Source of the DNA: Clostridioides phage LIBA2945
Direction: 5' to 3' (one strand)
Sequence record: MF547663.1
DNA: 64,000 nucleotides
In this document: one piece after another, positions 20,144-29,005 of the stretch
Layout: every line of letters begins with the position of its first letter
Numbering within the stretch: the stretch's first letter is position 1
The notes under the pieces: model-generated
Told to the model about the DNA's origin: nothing
Seen by the model: only the letters and a program-made list of their open reading frames with translations
Database searches by the model: none
Made by a program: the position numbers and the translations under genes

Positions 20144-20761
20144 TTGAATATATTAGATAAATCAACAGCTACATTAGAACAAGTCTTTTCGTATTTAGAC
20201 ACATTAAAAAATAACTCTAATCCACCACATTTTTTATGCAGAGCTATAGTACCAATTATATATAAAGAAGCAGAGAAAAAAGGTGTAAATCCAGTTATTG
20301 CAATTGCTCAAGCATTTGTAGAAACTGGATATTTTAATTTTGGTAGAGTTTTAAATCCTTCTTATTGCAATGTGTGTGGTCTTAAAGGAAATAAAGGTGG
20401 AGGAGATTTAGACCCAACAGCTCATACAAGATTTAATTGTTGGGAGGATGGAGTATCAGCATTTATTGACCATCTAGCATTATATGCTGGAGCTAAGGGA
20501 TATCCAAAATATAGTGAATTAGTTGGTAAAGTTGAATATAAAGTAAATGGAACTACATTAGACCCTAGACATTTTCCATATTTACATGGAGAAGCTAAAA
20601 CAGTAGAAAGTTTATCAGGCAAATGGTGTCCAGATATGAATTATGGCCAAAACATAATAAATATATGTAATAAGATAAGTTCAATGAAGGTAGAAAACAA
20701 TGATGTAAAATTAGAGCAAATAAAAACTAAAGTAAAAGAATTAAATGAGATTCTTGGATAG
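20144..20761 (+). CDS. Second cell-wall hydrolase, glucosaminidase-like ('AIAQAFVETGYFNF')
   Basis: SD 'aggaggt' then a TTG start. Motif resemblance to mannosyl-glycoprotein endo-beta-N-acetylglucosaminidase (FlgJ-like). Unverified. Confidence 0.4.
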   Translation: MNILDKSTATLEQVFSYLDTLKNNSNPPHFLCRAIVPIIYKEAEKKGVNPVIAIAQAFVETGYFNFGRVLNPSYCNVCGLKGNKGGGDLDPTAHTRFNCWEDGVSAFIDHLALYAGAKGYPKYSELVGKVEYKVNGTTLDPRHFPYLHGEAKTVESLSGKWCPDMNYGQNIINICNKISSMKVENNDVKLEQIKTKVKELNEILG

Positions 20762-20772
20762 GAGGAAATCAC

Positions 20773-21024
20773 ATGGATATAATGCAATTTATACCTGAAA
20801 ATTTAATAATGTTAATAGGTGGGCTTTACATATTAGGAACATTTATAAAAGAATCTAATATTAAAAATAAATACATACCTTTTATATTGTTAGTTATAGC
20901 AATGATAAGCAGTTGTTTGTTTATGAAAGAGCTGTCAATAGAAGCTGTTTTTGAAGGTATTTTATGTTGGGGAGCATCTATAGGAATAAATCAAATACAA
21001 GTACAAAACAGAAAGGAAAAGTAG
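20773..21024 (+). CDS. Holin (83 aa, two TM helices, charged C-terminus)
   Basis: SD 'taggaggaaatcac'. Hydrophobic profile. It follows the lysins. Confidence 0.55.
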   Translation: MDIMQFIPENLIMLIGGLYILGTFIKESNIKNKYIPFILLVIAMISSCLFMKELSIEAVFEGILCWGASIGINQIQVQNRKEK

Positions 21025-21336
21025 ATGTTATCTAAAGAAATGATTGAATTATTAAGCCAATATGGATATACAGCCATACTACTTACAGTAGTAATGTTAT
21101 GGTTTGGCAGATATTTAGAAAAGAATAGACAACTAGAGCAGGATGATAGAAAAAAAGAAAGAGCTTATTTTTCAAGAGAAATTAAAGAGCAGAGAACTTT
21201 ATTTGGTAATACAATAGATAAGTTTGATGATAAATTAGATAAATTTGCTGAAGCATTAAATACTAATAACAGTAGACTTGAAAGAGTTGAAACAGACATA
21301 ACAAAAATTAAAGATAAATTAGAGACTAGAGATTAA
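21025..21336 (+). CDS. BhlA/UviB-like holin-associated protein (N-terminal TM + coiled coil), 103 aa
   Basis: Single N-terminal TM followed by a charged coiled coil; ATG overlaps the holin's stop (translational coupling). Confidence 0.4.
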   Translation: MLSKEMIELLSQYGYTAILLTVVMLWFGRYLEKNRQLEQDDRKKERAYFSREIKEQRTLFGNTIDKFDDKLDKFAEALNTNNSRLERVETDITKIKDKLETRD

Positions 21337-21361
21337 TTTCTCTAGTCTTTTTTATAAGGAA

Positions 21362-22306
21362 GTGAAGTATTTGGCAAAACAACGCAGTAAAAGAATAAGC
21401 ATAAATGGAGAACTAAATCCAGAGAATATTAAATTATGGAAGCAATACAAAAGAGCAAAACAAATAGCTGGGAAAAGTGAAAAAACAATATATAATTATG
21501 AATGTGATATAATGCAATTTTTTAAGTTTTTAAATATAGAATGTTTTGATGCATTACTAACTGATATAAATGAAGAAGAAATAGAAGCTTATATAGGTTA
21601 TTGTATGGAACATGGAAATAATGAAAAAAGAATTAGACGTAGAATAAGTTCAATTTCATCATTACTATCCTTTTTAAAGAAGAAGAGGAAAATTACTGAC
21701 AACTGGTGTGAAATGATAGAAAGACCAGGAACAGGCGAAGAAGTTCAGAAAAGAACTTTTTTAACTGAAGAACAGTTAAGCAAATTAAAAGAAAAGCTTT
21801 CAGAGCAAGACAATTTACAGTTAGAAGTTTATATAAATTTAGGATTGGCTACAATGGCTAGAAGTAATGAGATAAGTCAATTTAGATGGGACAATATAGA
21901 TTTAGATAATAGATGGATTCATGGTATTACAGCCAAAGGTGGAGTTTCAAGAGATTTTAGATTTTCAGAAGAAGTCCAGCATCTATTAATAGAATGGAAG
22001 GATTATCTATCTCAAAATAATATAGATTATCCGTATATATTCTTTACAAGATATGGAGGCAAATACAATCAAGTCAATTCAAATGTCTTAAGTTCATGGG
22101 TTAAAAAAGCTTTCAGGTTAATTGGTATAGAAGGTGGATATAATCATGACCTTAGACATAGTATGTCTAATCTTTTAAAAGACAGAGGAGTTCCAATAAC
22201 TACAGTTTCAAAATTGCTTGGCCACAGTGGGGTTGATGTAACTATAAATCACTACACAATAGAAAATAAAAATAAATTAGCTGAGGAATATGATAAGTTT
22301 ATGTAA
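21362..22306 (+). CDS. int: Tyrosine recombinase/integrase (314 aa; 'HDLRHSMSNLL...LLGHSGVDVTINHY')
   Basis: C-terminal R..H-R-H...Y catalytic box recognizable (HDLRH..LGH...Y). Confidence 0.75.
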   Translation: MKYLAKQRSKRISINGELNPENIKLWKQYKRAKQIAGKSEKTIYNYECDIMQFFKFLNIECFDALLTDINEEEIEAYIGYCMEHGNNEKRIRRRISSISSLLSFLKKKRKITDNWCEMIERPGTGEEVQKRTFLTEEQLSKLKEKLSEQDNLQLEVYINLGLATMARSNEISQFRWDNIDLDNRWIHGITAKGGVSRDFRFSEEVQHLLIEWKDYLSQNNIDYPYIFFTRYGGKYNQVNSNVLSSWVKKAFRLIGIEGGYNHDLRHSMSNLLKDRGVPITTVSKLLGHSGVDVTINHYTIENKNKLAEEYDKFM

Positions 22307-22325
22307 ATTGAAAGGAGGTGGTATC

Positions 22326-22367
22326 ATGGCATGTAAAGGTCGTAAAAAAGGTAAGAAAAAGAGATAG
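22326..22367 (+). other. 13-codon micro-ORF MACKGRKKGKKKR with a perfect SD (aaggaggtgg-6-ATG), immediately upstream of a strong terminator
   Basis: Read directly. Function unknown. Confidence 0.25.
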
Positions 22368-22377
22368 ATAAATAATA

Positions 22378-22432
22378 AAGCCCTTTAAGGATTACTCTTA
22401 AATGAGTTTTCTTTAAAGGGCTTTATTTTTTT
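22378..22432 (+). terminator. Strong intrinsic terminator (11-bp stem aaagcccttta/taaagggcttt + T8)
   Basis: Read directly. It ends the + strand late/int operon. Confidence 0.65.
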
Positions 22433-22462
22433 GTCTAAAATAGCTTCTTATTAAATATATAC

Positions 22463-22509
22463 ATACTTATATAACATATTTTTAATAATATTATATGTTA
22501 TATAAGTAT
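22463..22509. promoter_or_regulatory. 47-bp perfect palindrome (17-bp arms 'atacttatataacatat' with a 13-nt spacer). Candidate operator upstream of the XRE gene. A related half-site lies at 22514-22534
   Basis: Read directly. The half-site 'TTATAACATAT' recurs at 22987-23039. Confidence 0.5.
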
Positions 22510-22567
22510 ATTTTTGACATGTATAACATATCATTAAGATAAATAAACTAATATAATCTAATAAGGA

Positions 22568-22930
22568 ATGATAAAAATGTTAGAAGAAGATGAAATATAT
22601 AATGTAATTGGTAAAAGAATAAGAAATTATAGAAGAAAAGCAGGGTATAATCAAAATACATTAGCAAAAAAGACTGGTTTATTTCCTGCTTATATTGGTC
22701 AAATTGAAAGAGGTGAAAGTAAAGCATCACTTCGTTCAATTTTTAAAATTGCAAATGCATTAGAGATACCTTTAGAAGTTTTATTTGAAAATATTATACA
22801 GAATGAAAATGATGTTGAAACTCTTTCGTCTGAAGCTTATGAGTTAATTGATAGTTTAACAGTAAAAGAACAAAAAGCGATAATTAGATTGATAAAAGAA
22901 ATAATTGAATATCGAAAATTTGAAGAATAA
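22568..22930 (+). CDS. XRE-family HTH transcriptional regulator, 120 aa
   Basis: The N-terminal segment 'IGKRIRNYRRKAGYNQNTLAKKTGLFPAYIGQIERGESKASLRSIFKIANAL' matches the HTH_XRE pattern. Confidence 0.7.
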   Translation: MIKMLEEDEIYNVIGKRIRNYRRKAGYNQNTLAKKTGLFPAYIGQIERGESKASLRSIFKIANALEIPLEVLFENIIQNENDVETLSSEAYELIDSLTVKEQKAIIRLIKEIIEYRKFEE

Positions 22931-22986
22931 AAATTTAATAAAGAAGATGTCTTAAGATTGAGACATCTTCTTTTACTTTATGTTAA

Positions 22987-23039
22987 TATATACTTATAAC
23001 ATATATTTTATTATTTTAATGTCTATATATGTTGATATT
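22987..23039. promoter_or_regulatory. Second imperfect palindrome built from the same half-site (atatacttataacatatat ... atatatgttgatat). Candidate operator between the XRE and BlaI-like genes
   Basis: Read directly. Confidence 0.4.
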
Positions 23040-23067
23040 TTAATTGCAGAAAGGAATGTACATATCC

Positions 23068-23388
23068 ATGCAAAAAATACCACAAGCTGAATTAAAAGTT
23101 ATGAAATTCATATGGAATAAGAATGATATAGTAACATCAAAAGAAGTTATGGAAGCTATGGAATTAGAATATAACTGGAAGGCGACAACTACACTAACTC
23201 TTCTTTCAAGACTCACTATTAAACGTTTTTTAGATTCTGAGAGGATAAAAAGAATTACACATTATACAATACTTATTACAAAAGAAGAATATAAAATATT
23301 TGAAACAAAGAGATTTTTAGAAGAAGTACATTCTAATTCTATAGAAAGCTTAATTAGTTCTTTAGAGGATTGTTATAAGAATAAATAA
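23068..23388 (+). CDS. BlaI/MecI/CopY-family winged-helix repressor (orphan; no BlaR1-like partner in the window)
   Basis: N-terminal segment 'IPQAELKVMKFIWNKNDIVTSKEVMEAM...WKATTTLTLLSRLTIKRFL' resembles the Penicillinase_R fold signature. Confidence 0.5.
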   Translation: MQKIPQAELKVMKFIWNKNDIVTSKEVMEAMELEYNWKATTTLTLLSRLTIKRFLDSERIKRITHYTILITKEEYKIFETKRFLEEVHSNSIESLISSLEDCYKNK

Positions 23389-23542
23389 AGAAGTGAACTT
23401 TTATTATATACAAAAAGTTTTCGTAACGATATAATTAATACAATTTATTCTTATATATATAATAAAATATACATAGAGAGTTGACAACTAAAATAATATA
23501 CACTATCATTCATAGTATAAAAGGATGGGAGGATTTTACAAT

Positions 23543-24805
23543 ATGAAATTCAAAAGAAAAGCATTAACCTTAGCTATAATATCTTCTATTGTCATGTCTA
23601 GCACATTATTAGTTTCAGCTAAAGAACTAAAATTTAGACCTCCAGCTCATAGAATACAAGGAGCAAATAAGTATGAAACAGCAGGTTTAATAGCAGACAG
23701 AAGAAAATACACCCAAGCAATAATTATAAACACAGATAAAAGTCTTGCAGATGGGTTGAGTGCTAGTGGTTTAGCTGGAGCTTCTAACTCGCCAATATTA
23801 CTTGCTAAACAAAATTCTATACCAAATTCTACTCTTAAAAGATTAGATAAATTTAAAAAAATCTATTTAATAGGTGGAGTTAATTCTATAAGCAAAAATG
23901 TAGAAAATATACTAAAAAACAAAAAAATAAAGGTTATTAGGATAGAAGGAAAAGACAGAATAGACACAAGTTATAATGTTGCAAAAGAAATACGCAATCT
24001 AAAAAAGGTTGATGAAGTATATCTTACAAATGCTTACCAAGGAGAGGCTGATTCTATAAGTATATCTCCAGTTGCTGCTAAATATAAAAATCCAGTTGTA
24101 TTAACAAATGGAAAGAATATACCATTTAAAACAGATGGGGTAAAAACATATGCTATTGGAGGAACAGCATCAATAAACGACTCTTTAGTGAACAGTACAA
24201 AAGCAACTAGAATTGGTGGTGTTGATAGACTTGACACTAATGAAAAAATAATTAAGCATTTTTATAAAGATGAATTAAAACATCCAAATCAAATATGTAT
24301 TGTAAGTTCTGATAATTTAATAGATGCACTATTATCTTCTACAATACACAAAGAATATCCTGTATTTTTAGTAAATGAAACTAATGACAAATCATTAGTT
24401 ACTAGTGCTAATTTCCCAATAATAATAGGTGATATAAAAAATGAAATTTTAGACCAATGCTTAACTCCAGATTATATGTTAACTGGTAATACTAAAAGAA
24501 GTGACATCTCAAAAGCTTTAGATGCTATATATAAAGCAAAAGGTTCAAAAGCACATGAATATTGTTATACATATAATTATGGTAACTCAAGATATAAAAA
24601 AGCTGAAAATATAGATTTTCCACACTATGAGTTTGAAATAATCAGTGTTAAAAATGTTAAACAAGATGAATCTAGCACTGATGGTTCTGATACTTATACT
24701 GATAAAGAAGATAGCATTAAAACAGTAGGAACTCTAATTGTAAATTCTGAAACATTAGAAGTATATGAGTATAGTTTTGATACACAAAAGTTAACTAAAA
24801 TATAA
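23543..24805 (+). CDS. Secreted cell-wall protein. It has three CWB2 (cell wall binding repeat 2) modules followed by a ~130-aa C-terminal domain of unknown function
   Basis: Signal peptide (KRKALTLAIISSIVMSSTLLVSA). Three repeats of G(A/K/V)(N/D)R(Y/I/L)(E/D)T(A/S/N) spaced about 95 aa apart, typical of the Clostridioides Cwp family. Confidence 0.6.
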   Translation: MKFKRKALTLAIISSIVMSSTLLVSAKELKFRPPAHRIQGANKYETAGLIADRRKYTQAIIINTDKSLADGLSASGLAGASNSPILLAKQNSIPNSTLKRLDKFKKIYLIGGVNSISKNVENILKNKKIKVIRIEGKDRIDTSYNVAKEIRNLKKVDEVYLTNAYQGEADSISISPVAAKYKNPVVLTNGKNIPFKTDGVKTYAIGGTASINDSLVNSTKATRIGGVDRLDTNEKIIKHFYKDELKHPNQICIVSSDNLIDALLSSTIHKEYPVFLVNETNDKSLVTSANFPIIIGDIKNEILDQCLTPDYMLTGNTKRSDISKALDAIYKAKGSKAHEYCYTYNYGNSRYKKAENIDFPHYEFEIISVKNVKQDESSTDGSDTYTDKEDSIKTVGTLIVNSETLEVYEYSFDTQKLTKI

Positions 24806-24817
24806 TCAATTATAAAA

Positions 24818-24857
24818 TAAGGCTCTTTAGTTAATATTGAAAAGAGTCTTATTTTTG
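24818..24857 (+). terminator. Intrinsic terminator (aaggctcttt/aaagagtctt, 1 mismatch, + T5)
   Basis: Read directly. Confidence 0.4.
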
Positions 24858-25072
24858 TATGTTAGAGTTGATTAAAGAAATTATATTAAAATTAAAATTT
24901 CAATTATTCTTTAAATTCCCATTTAAGGAATAGTATATATAAAACATAGAACTTATTAAAAGTACTCTCTTTCATAGTATGTAATTAAAAATAAGTTATT
25001 TTGTACATTATGATTTCTTATATTTAATGGTATAATAAGATTAAATATAAGAATGTTGAAAGGAATGATATT

Positions 25073-25294
25073 ATGAAATTGCCTGAATTAGAGATTAATA
25101 TAAGTATATCAATACCAATTTTTTTAGTTATCTCTTATTTGGCTATAGTTTCTATAGTAATGCTAGGGATATCAGCTTTAAATAACTTTACTAATACAAC
25201 ATCAGTACCTATAAATGCTTTAGGTTCAACAGTTGGATTTGTTATATTTCAACTTTTAGTTAGTTTTTTTGAAAATAGAAAAATTACAGATTAA
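25073..25294 (+). CDS. Small membrane protein, 73 aa
   Basis: Two hydrophobic helices; weak SD. Confidence 0.3.
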   Translation: MKLPELEINISISIPIFLVISYLAIVSIVMLGISALNNFTNTTSVPINALGSTVGFVIFQLLVSFFENRKITD

Positions 25295-25350
25295 ATGTTA
25301 TTTACATGAAATTTTGTTTTAATATTCTTAATTTGTGGTATAATAAAAGC

Positions 25351-25473
25351 AAGGAAACATATTTTACTTAACTTTGAGTGATGTTTCCAAACTAAATTAG
25401 TTTATTTGGATTTTCTTTGGAACTTAATATTAAGTTCCCAGCCACTCTTAGTCGCGTTTGAGTGGCTTTTTAA
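25351..25473 (+). ncRNA. Candidate antisense antitoxin RNA, copy 4. Promoter 'ttgtggtataat' (-10 at 25339-25344). Terminator hairpin 25441-25468 'agccactcttagtcgcgtttgagtggct' + T5
   Basis: Same architecture and near-identical promoter ('tgtggtataataaaag.aaggaa') as copy 3. Confidence 0.45.
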
Positions 25474-25533
25474 TTTATCGTAGATATAACTAGCTATAAC
25501 ACCAGCTATAATACTCATCATTAGATTTTCCAT
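25402..25533 (-). CDS. Small membrane peptide (43 aa, MENLMMSIIAGVIASYIYDKLKSHSNATKSGWELNIKFQRKSK). Candidate type I toxin, copy 4, and closest paralog of copy 3
   Basis: SD 'gaaaggaggtg' upstream of the ATG at 25533. The minus-strand extended -10 'tgatataat' lies at about 25624-25632. It shares 'IA.YIYDK.K.HS.A.KSG' with 5264-5380. Confidence 0.6.
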   Translation of the reverse strand: MENLMMSIIAGVIASYIYDKLKSHSNATKSGWELNIKFQRKSK

Positions 25534-25715
25534 AGTTTTTCACCTCCTTTCATAAGAAAGTGAGGAAATTTCTATGGAAACACCACTCACAGCTTTTTCA
25601 AATATTTATTCCTTGCTATGTTTATTATATCATAAATATTGGAAATATAAAATTTTAATATTTTCTAAAATCTGACGCTTTAAACGCCATTCTAAGGCTT
25701 TATAAAAATTTACCT

Positions 25716-27560
25716 TTATATTTGTACCTTTGTTTTTTTATCATACAAATTATATATTGGATATAATTTAAATTTATTCAATAATTCTTTACTCATATTA
25801 TTCATATTATTTTTAGCTTCTTCATACTTTTCAATTAATATATTTATCGCACATTGAATCATTATGTCTTTTGAGTTTTTTCTTTTAATATTATCTAAAT
25901 CAAGTATTTCATCAATGCTAAAATTTCTAATCCTTTTTATTATTTGATATTTATTAATTTTGTTTATATCTACATCAACTTCATTTTCTATCCATTCTAA
26001 TAACTCTAGTGCCTCAATTAAATATTCTTTAATAAGTATTTTATCATAGTATTTAATTAATTCTAAAATATATGACATGACTCTATCTGTATACTCTGGT
26101 GTTTTTTTATATTTTTTAATATTTATAGTTGCTTTACTTACATCGAAATTAATACTATCCATATCATTATAATTTAAAAGTATATATGGACTGCATTGCA
26201 TGTCTCCTTCTCTTTGAGTAATAGTAAGGTTATTTTTTTTATCAAAAATATTAATAAGATTCCAACTATTATCTGTTTCTATCTTATATAAGATTATTTT
26301 CTTTTCATTAATTTTCATATATGCAAATCCTGAATGTTTACTCATATTCTTTTTTTTAATTGTTTTATTATTAATAAATATACTTATAAGTGTATTTATC
26401 TTCCCATAATCTTCCTGAGACATATTATCTAATAAGAAATTTTCTTGTTTTATTTCAAGCATCTCTAATAGATTCTTAAAATCTTCAAAAAATAATATAT
26501 TTTCTATTAAATCATTTTCTTCGCATGGCATAGTTTTTAAATCTAAATCAATAAGTTTATCTTTTGTTGAAAATTCTTTTATAAGTACTTTTTTATGTTT
26601 AAATATATCTAATAACATCTTTAAATTATTTAAATGACTATCAACAGTTCCACTTGGTTCTTTTATCGTAAAATTTATATCAATAGACTTATTGATTAAT
26701 TTCTCATCTAATATACGGTAAATATAAATAACAATAAAATTATTGATAGTTATTTTGTGATTGGTTTTATTTACTGTTGATATATATTCATTATTTTTAT
26801 AAATATTATTTTTTATAAAAATATCTACAATAGTTTTTGTATTTAATTCTTTAAGATACAATTTATTCACACAAGGTAAATCAATTGTATCTAAATCTTC
26901 ATGTTTAAGTGGTTTGTAAGCATACACACTTCTATTAAATAAATCATATCTATTATCTATTTCTGCAATATCTATTGAAATCTCTTTGTCTCTTTCACTT
27001 AGTTCTATTTGTTTATCTACTAAATTTTTTGTTTGTTTATTTATATTACGATAAAACGAATTAACTATTCTTTCAAAATGATTATTTTCAGGTCTTAGTT
27101 CATATAGCTCTACAGACTTGGTCAATTGATTTTTCTTCGTTCTATCTATTTCATTTAATATATTTATCAAATCAACTGGAAGTAAATTTCTATAATAAAC
27201 TTTTATTTTGTTAACACTTTTAATTTCAACAACAAATAAAATAACACCTTCATTATTGTAGTAGTTTCTTAAATCACTAACATCCATTGAAAAAGTTCTT
27301 TTTTTGCCACTTAACTTTTTTACCTCCTTTGCTTTAAGTTGTATATTTATTTTTCTTAATAAATTTTCTTTTTTATTATCTAAACAATTTTCCTTCTCAA
27401 TTTTATTTTTTTCATATAAAAATAGTTCTCCGTCCCAAGATGGTGTTTTGTCATTTGATTGAATATTTGCTTCAATATTTCCCGCAATCGCACATAATTT
27501 TTGAATCTCAGCAATAGATAAATTTTCCTTGTGTATATTTGAAATCTTACTTGTTCCCAT
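25716..27560 (-). CDS. Large hypothetical protein, 614 aa. The N-terminal ~120 aa has a PD-(D/E)XK-like D..E.K arrangement ('SWDGELFLY ... ILFVVEIKS'). Candidate defence/abortive-infection protein
   Basis: Motif read from the translation only. It sits next to the integrase. SD 'aaggaggtgg' upstream. Confidence 0.3.
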   Translation of the reverse strand: MGTSKISNIHKENLSIAEIQKLCAIAGNIEANIQSNDKTPSWDGELFLYEKNKIEKENCLDNKKENLLRKINIQLKAKEVKKLSGKKRTFSMDVSDLRNYYNNEGVILFVVEIKSVNKIKVYYRNLLPVDLINILNEIDRTKKNQLTKSVELYELRPENNHFERIVNSFYRNINKQTKNLVDKQIELSERDKEISIDIAEIDNRYDLFNRSVYAYKPLKHEDLDTIDLPCVNKLYLKELNTKTIVDIFIKNNIYKNNEYISTVNKTNHKITINNFIVIYIYRILDEKLINKSIDINFTIKEPSGTVDSHLNNLKMLLDIFKHKKVLIKEFSTKDKLIDLDLKTMPCEENDLIENILFFEDFKNLLEMLEIKQENFLLDNMSQEDYGKINTLISIFINNKTIKKKNMSKHSGFAYMKINEKKIILYKIETDNSWNLINIFDKKNNLTITQREGDMQCSPYILLNYNDMDSINFDVSKATINIKKYKKTPEYTDRVMSYILELIKYYDKILIKEYLIEALELLEWIENEVDVDINKINKYQIIKRIRNFSIDEILDLDNIKRKNSKDIMIQCAINILIEKYEEAKNNMNNMSKELLNKFKLYPIYNLYDKKTKVQI

Positions 27561-27604
27561 AGAATATAGCCACCTCCTTTGATAACCTATTATATATTAT
27601 ACCA

Positions 27605-28717
27605 TTAATTAGCTTTGAATAAATTTTCAGATATTCTATCTGAAGCTTCTTTATCCATTTCTTTAAGTACATGAGAATATACATTAAGAGTAGTATTAAT
27701 ATTTGAATGTCCCACCCTTTCAGATATAACCTTTATAGGTACTTTAGAATTTATAAGTAAAGTAACATGTGAATGTCTTAAGTCATGAAATCTAATATGA
27801 GGTAAATCATTGTTCTCTAAGAATTTTCTAAATTTCTTACTCATTACATCTTCAGCAATTGGATTCCCTTTTCTATCAAAAAATAGTAAGTTATATTCAT
27901 TTCTAACAATACTTCTCAATAACTTCTTATTCTGCTCCAGCCTATAATTTTTTAGTAAATTCATAAGCTCTATTGGTGCAAATATTTTTCTAACAGAGCT
28001 TTCTGTCTTTGGCTCTTTAAGTATAACAGAACCATCTAATCTACTAGTTATCTTATTTACTGTTATTGTATTTTCATCAAAATCAATATTATCCCAAGTT
28101 AATCCCAAAACTTCTGAAAGTCTTAATCCTAGACCTATAGCTAAACTAATAGGAAGCTCCATATTAGTTCCTTTAGCTAACTCTAATAATTTTAACATTT
28201 GTTCTTTATCATAAATTTCATTTTTAAATTTTTTAATTCTTGGACTTTCTATACCATCTATAATATTTTCTTTTATTAACTTAATTCTATACGCTCTCTT
28301 TATTGCAAGTCTCAATACATTTATATGTACTTTAATAGTTTGAGGGTTTAAGTTACCAGCTAAATCATCTACATAATTCTGTATATGAATATTTCTCAAC
28401 TCTTGAAGACGATATTTTCCAATAGAAGGATTAATATGATTTTTACAAATAGCAATGTAACTTTTATATGTAGATGCCGAAATATTATCTTTATATTTTT
28501 CAAGAAAGTCTAATATAAATCCAGCTAGAGTGATTTCATTTGGAACAAGAAAACTATCTTTATATATACTGTCCTTAACTTCAGCCAATCTTTTATTAGC
28601 ATCTCTCTTTTTATCAAAAGCTCCCATATTTTTTTGTTTTCTTTTTCCTGATTCATCATCTCTAAATTCTAAGTACACTACATAATTTTTATTTCTTTTT
28701 CTTATAAAAGCGTTCAT
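27605..28717 (-). CDS. int: Tyrosine recombinase/integrase, 370 aa ('LRLSE...HDLRHSHVTLL...GHSNINTTLNVYSHV')
   Basis: Full R...H-R-H...Y catalytic signature plus a SAM-like N-domain. SD 'ataggaggga'. Confidence 0.8.
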   Translation of the reverse strand: MNAFIRKRNKNYVVYLEFRDDESGKRKQKNMGAFDKKRDANKRLAEVKDSIYKDSFLVPNEITLAGFILDFLEKYKDNISASTYKSYIAICKNHINPSIGKYRLQELRNIHIQNYVDDLAGNLNPQTIKVHINVLRLAIKRAYRIKLIKENIIDGIESPRIKKFKNEIYDKEQMLKLLELAKGTNMELPISLAIGLGLRLSEVLGLTWDNIDFDENTITVNKITSRLDGSVILKEPKTESSVRKIFAPIELMNLLKNYRLEQNKKLLRSIVRNEYNLLFFDRKGNPIAEDVMSKKFRKFLENNDLPHIRFHDLRHSHVTLLINSKVPIKVISERVGHSNINTTLNVYSHVLKEMDKEASDRISENLFKAN

Positions 28718-29005
28718 GGTTATCCCTCCTATGAAAATTCATATACTTATTATACCATACAGAGGAGGCAAAAAATAGTCATTTTAGCTGACTTTCAACT
28801 GACTTTTTTAATTCTTTTATTTATATAATTATTGAAATTACTTAATTATAAAGAAATAAGACATAGAATACACAATTCTATGCCTTACACTATCACGCTA
28901 TTATTTTTATATATTTTCCATTTTAAGCAATCGATTTTCCGAACAGGATTAATTATAAGCATTAATTTTTACAAAGCCTTAAAATCGAATTTAAGAGGTT
29001 GTTTT

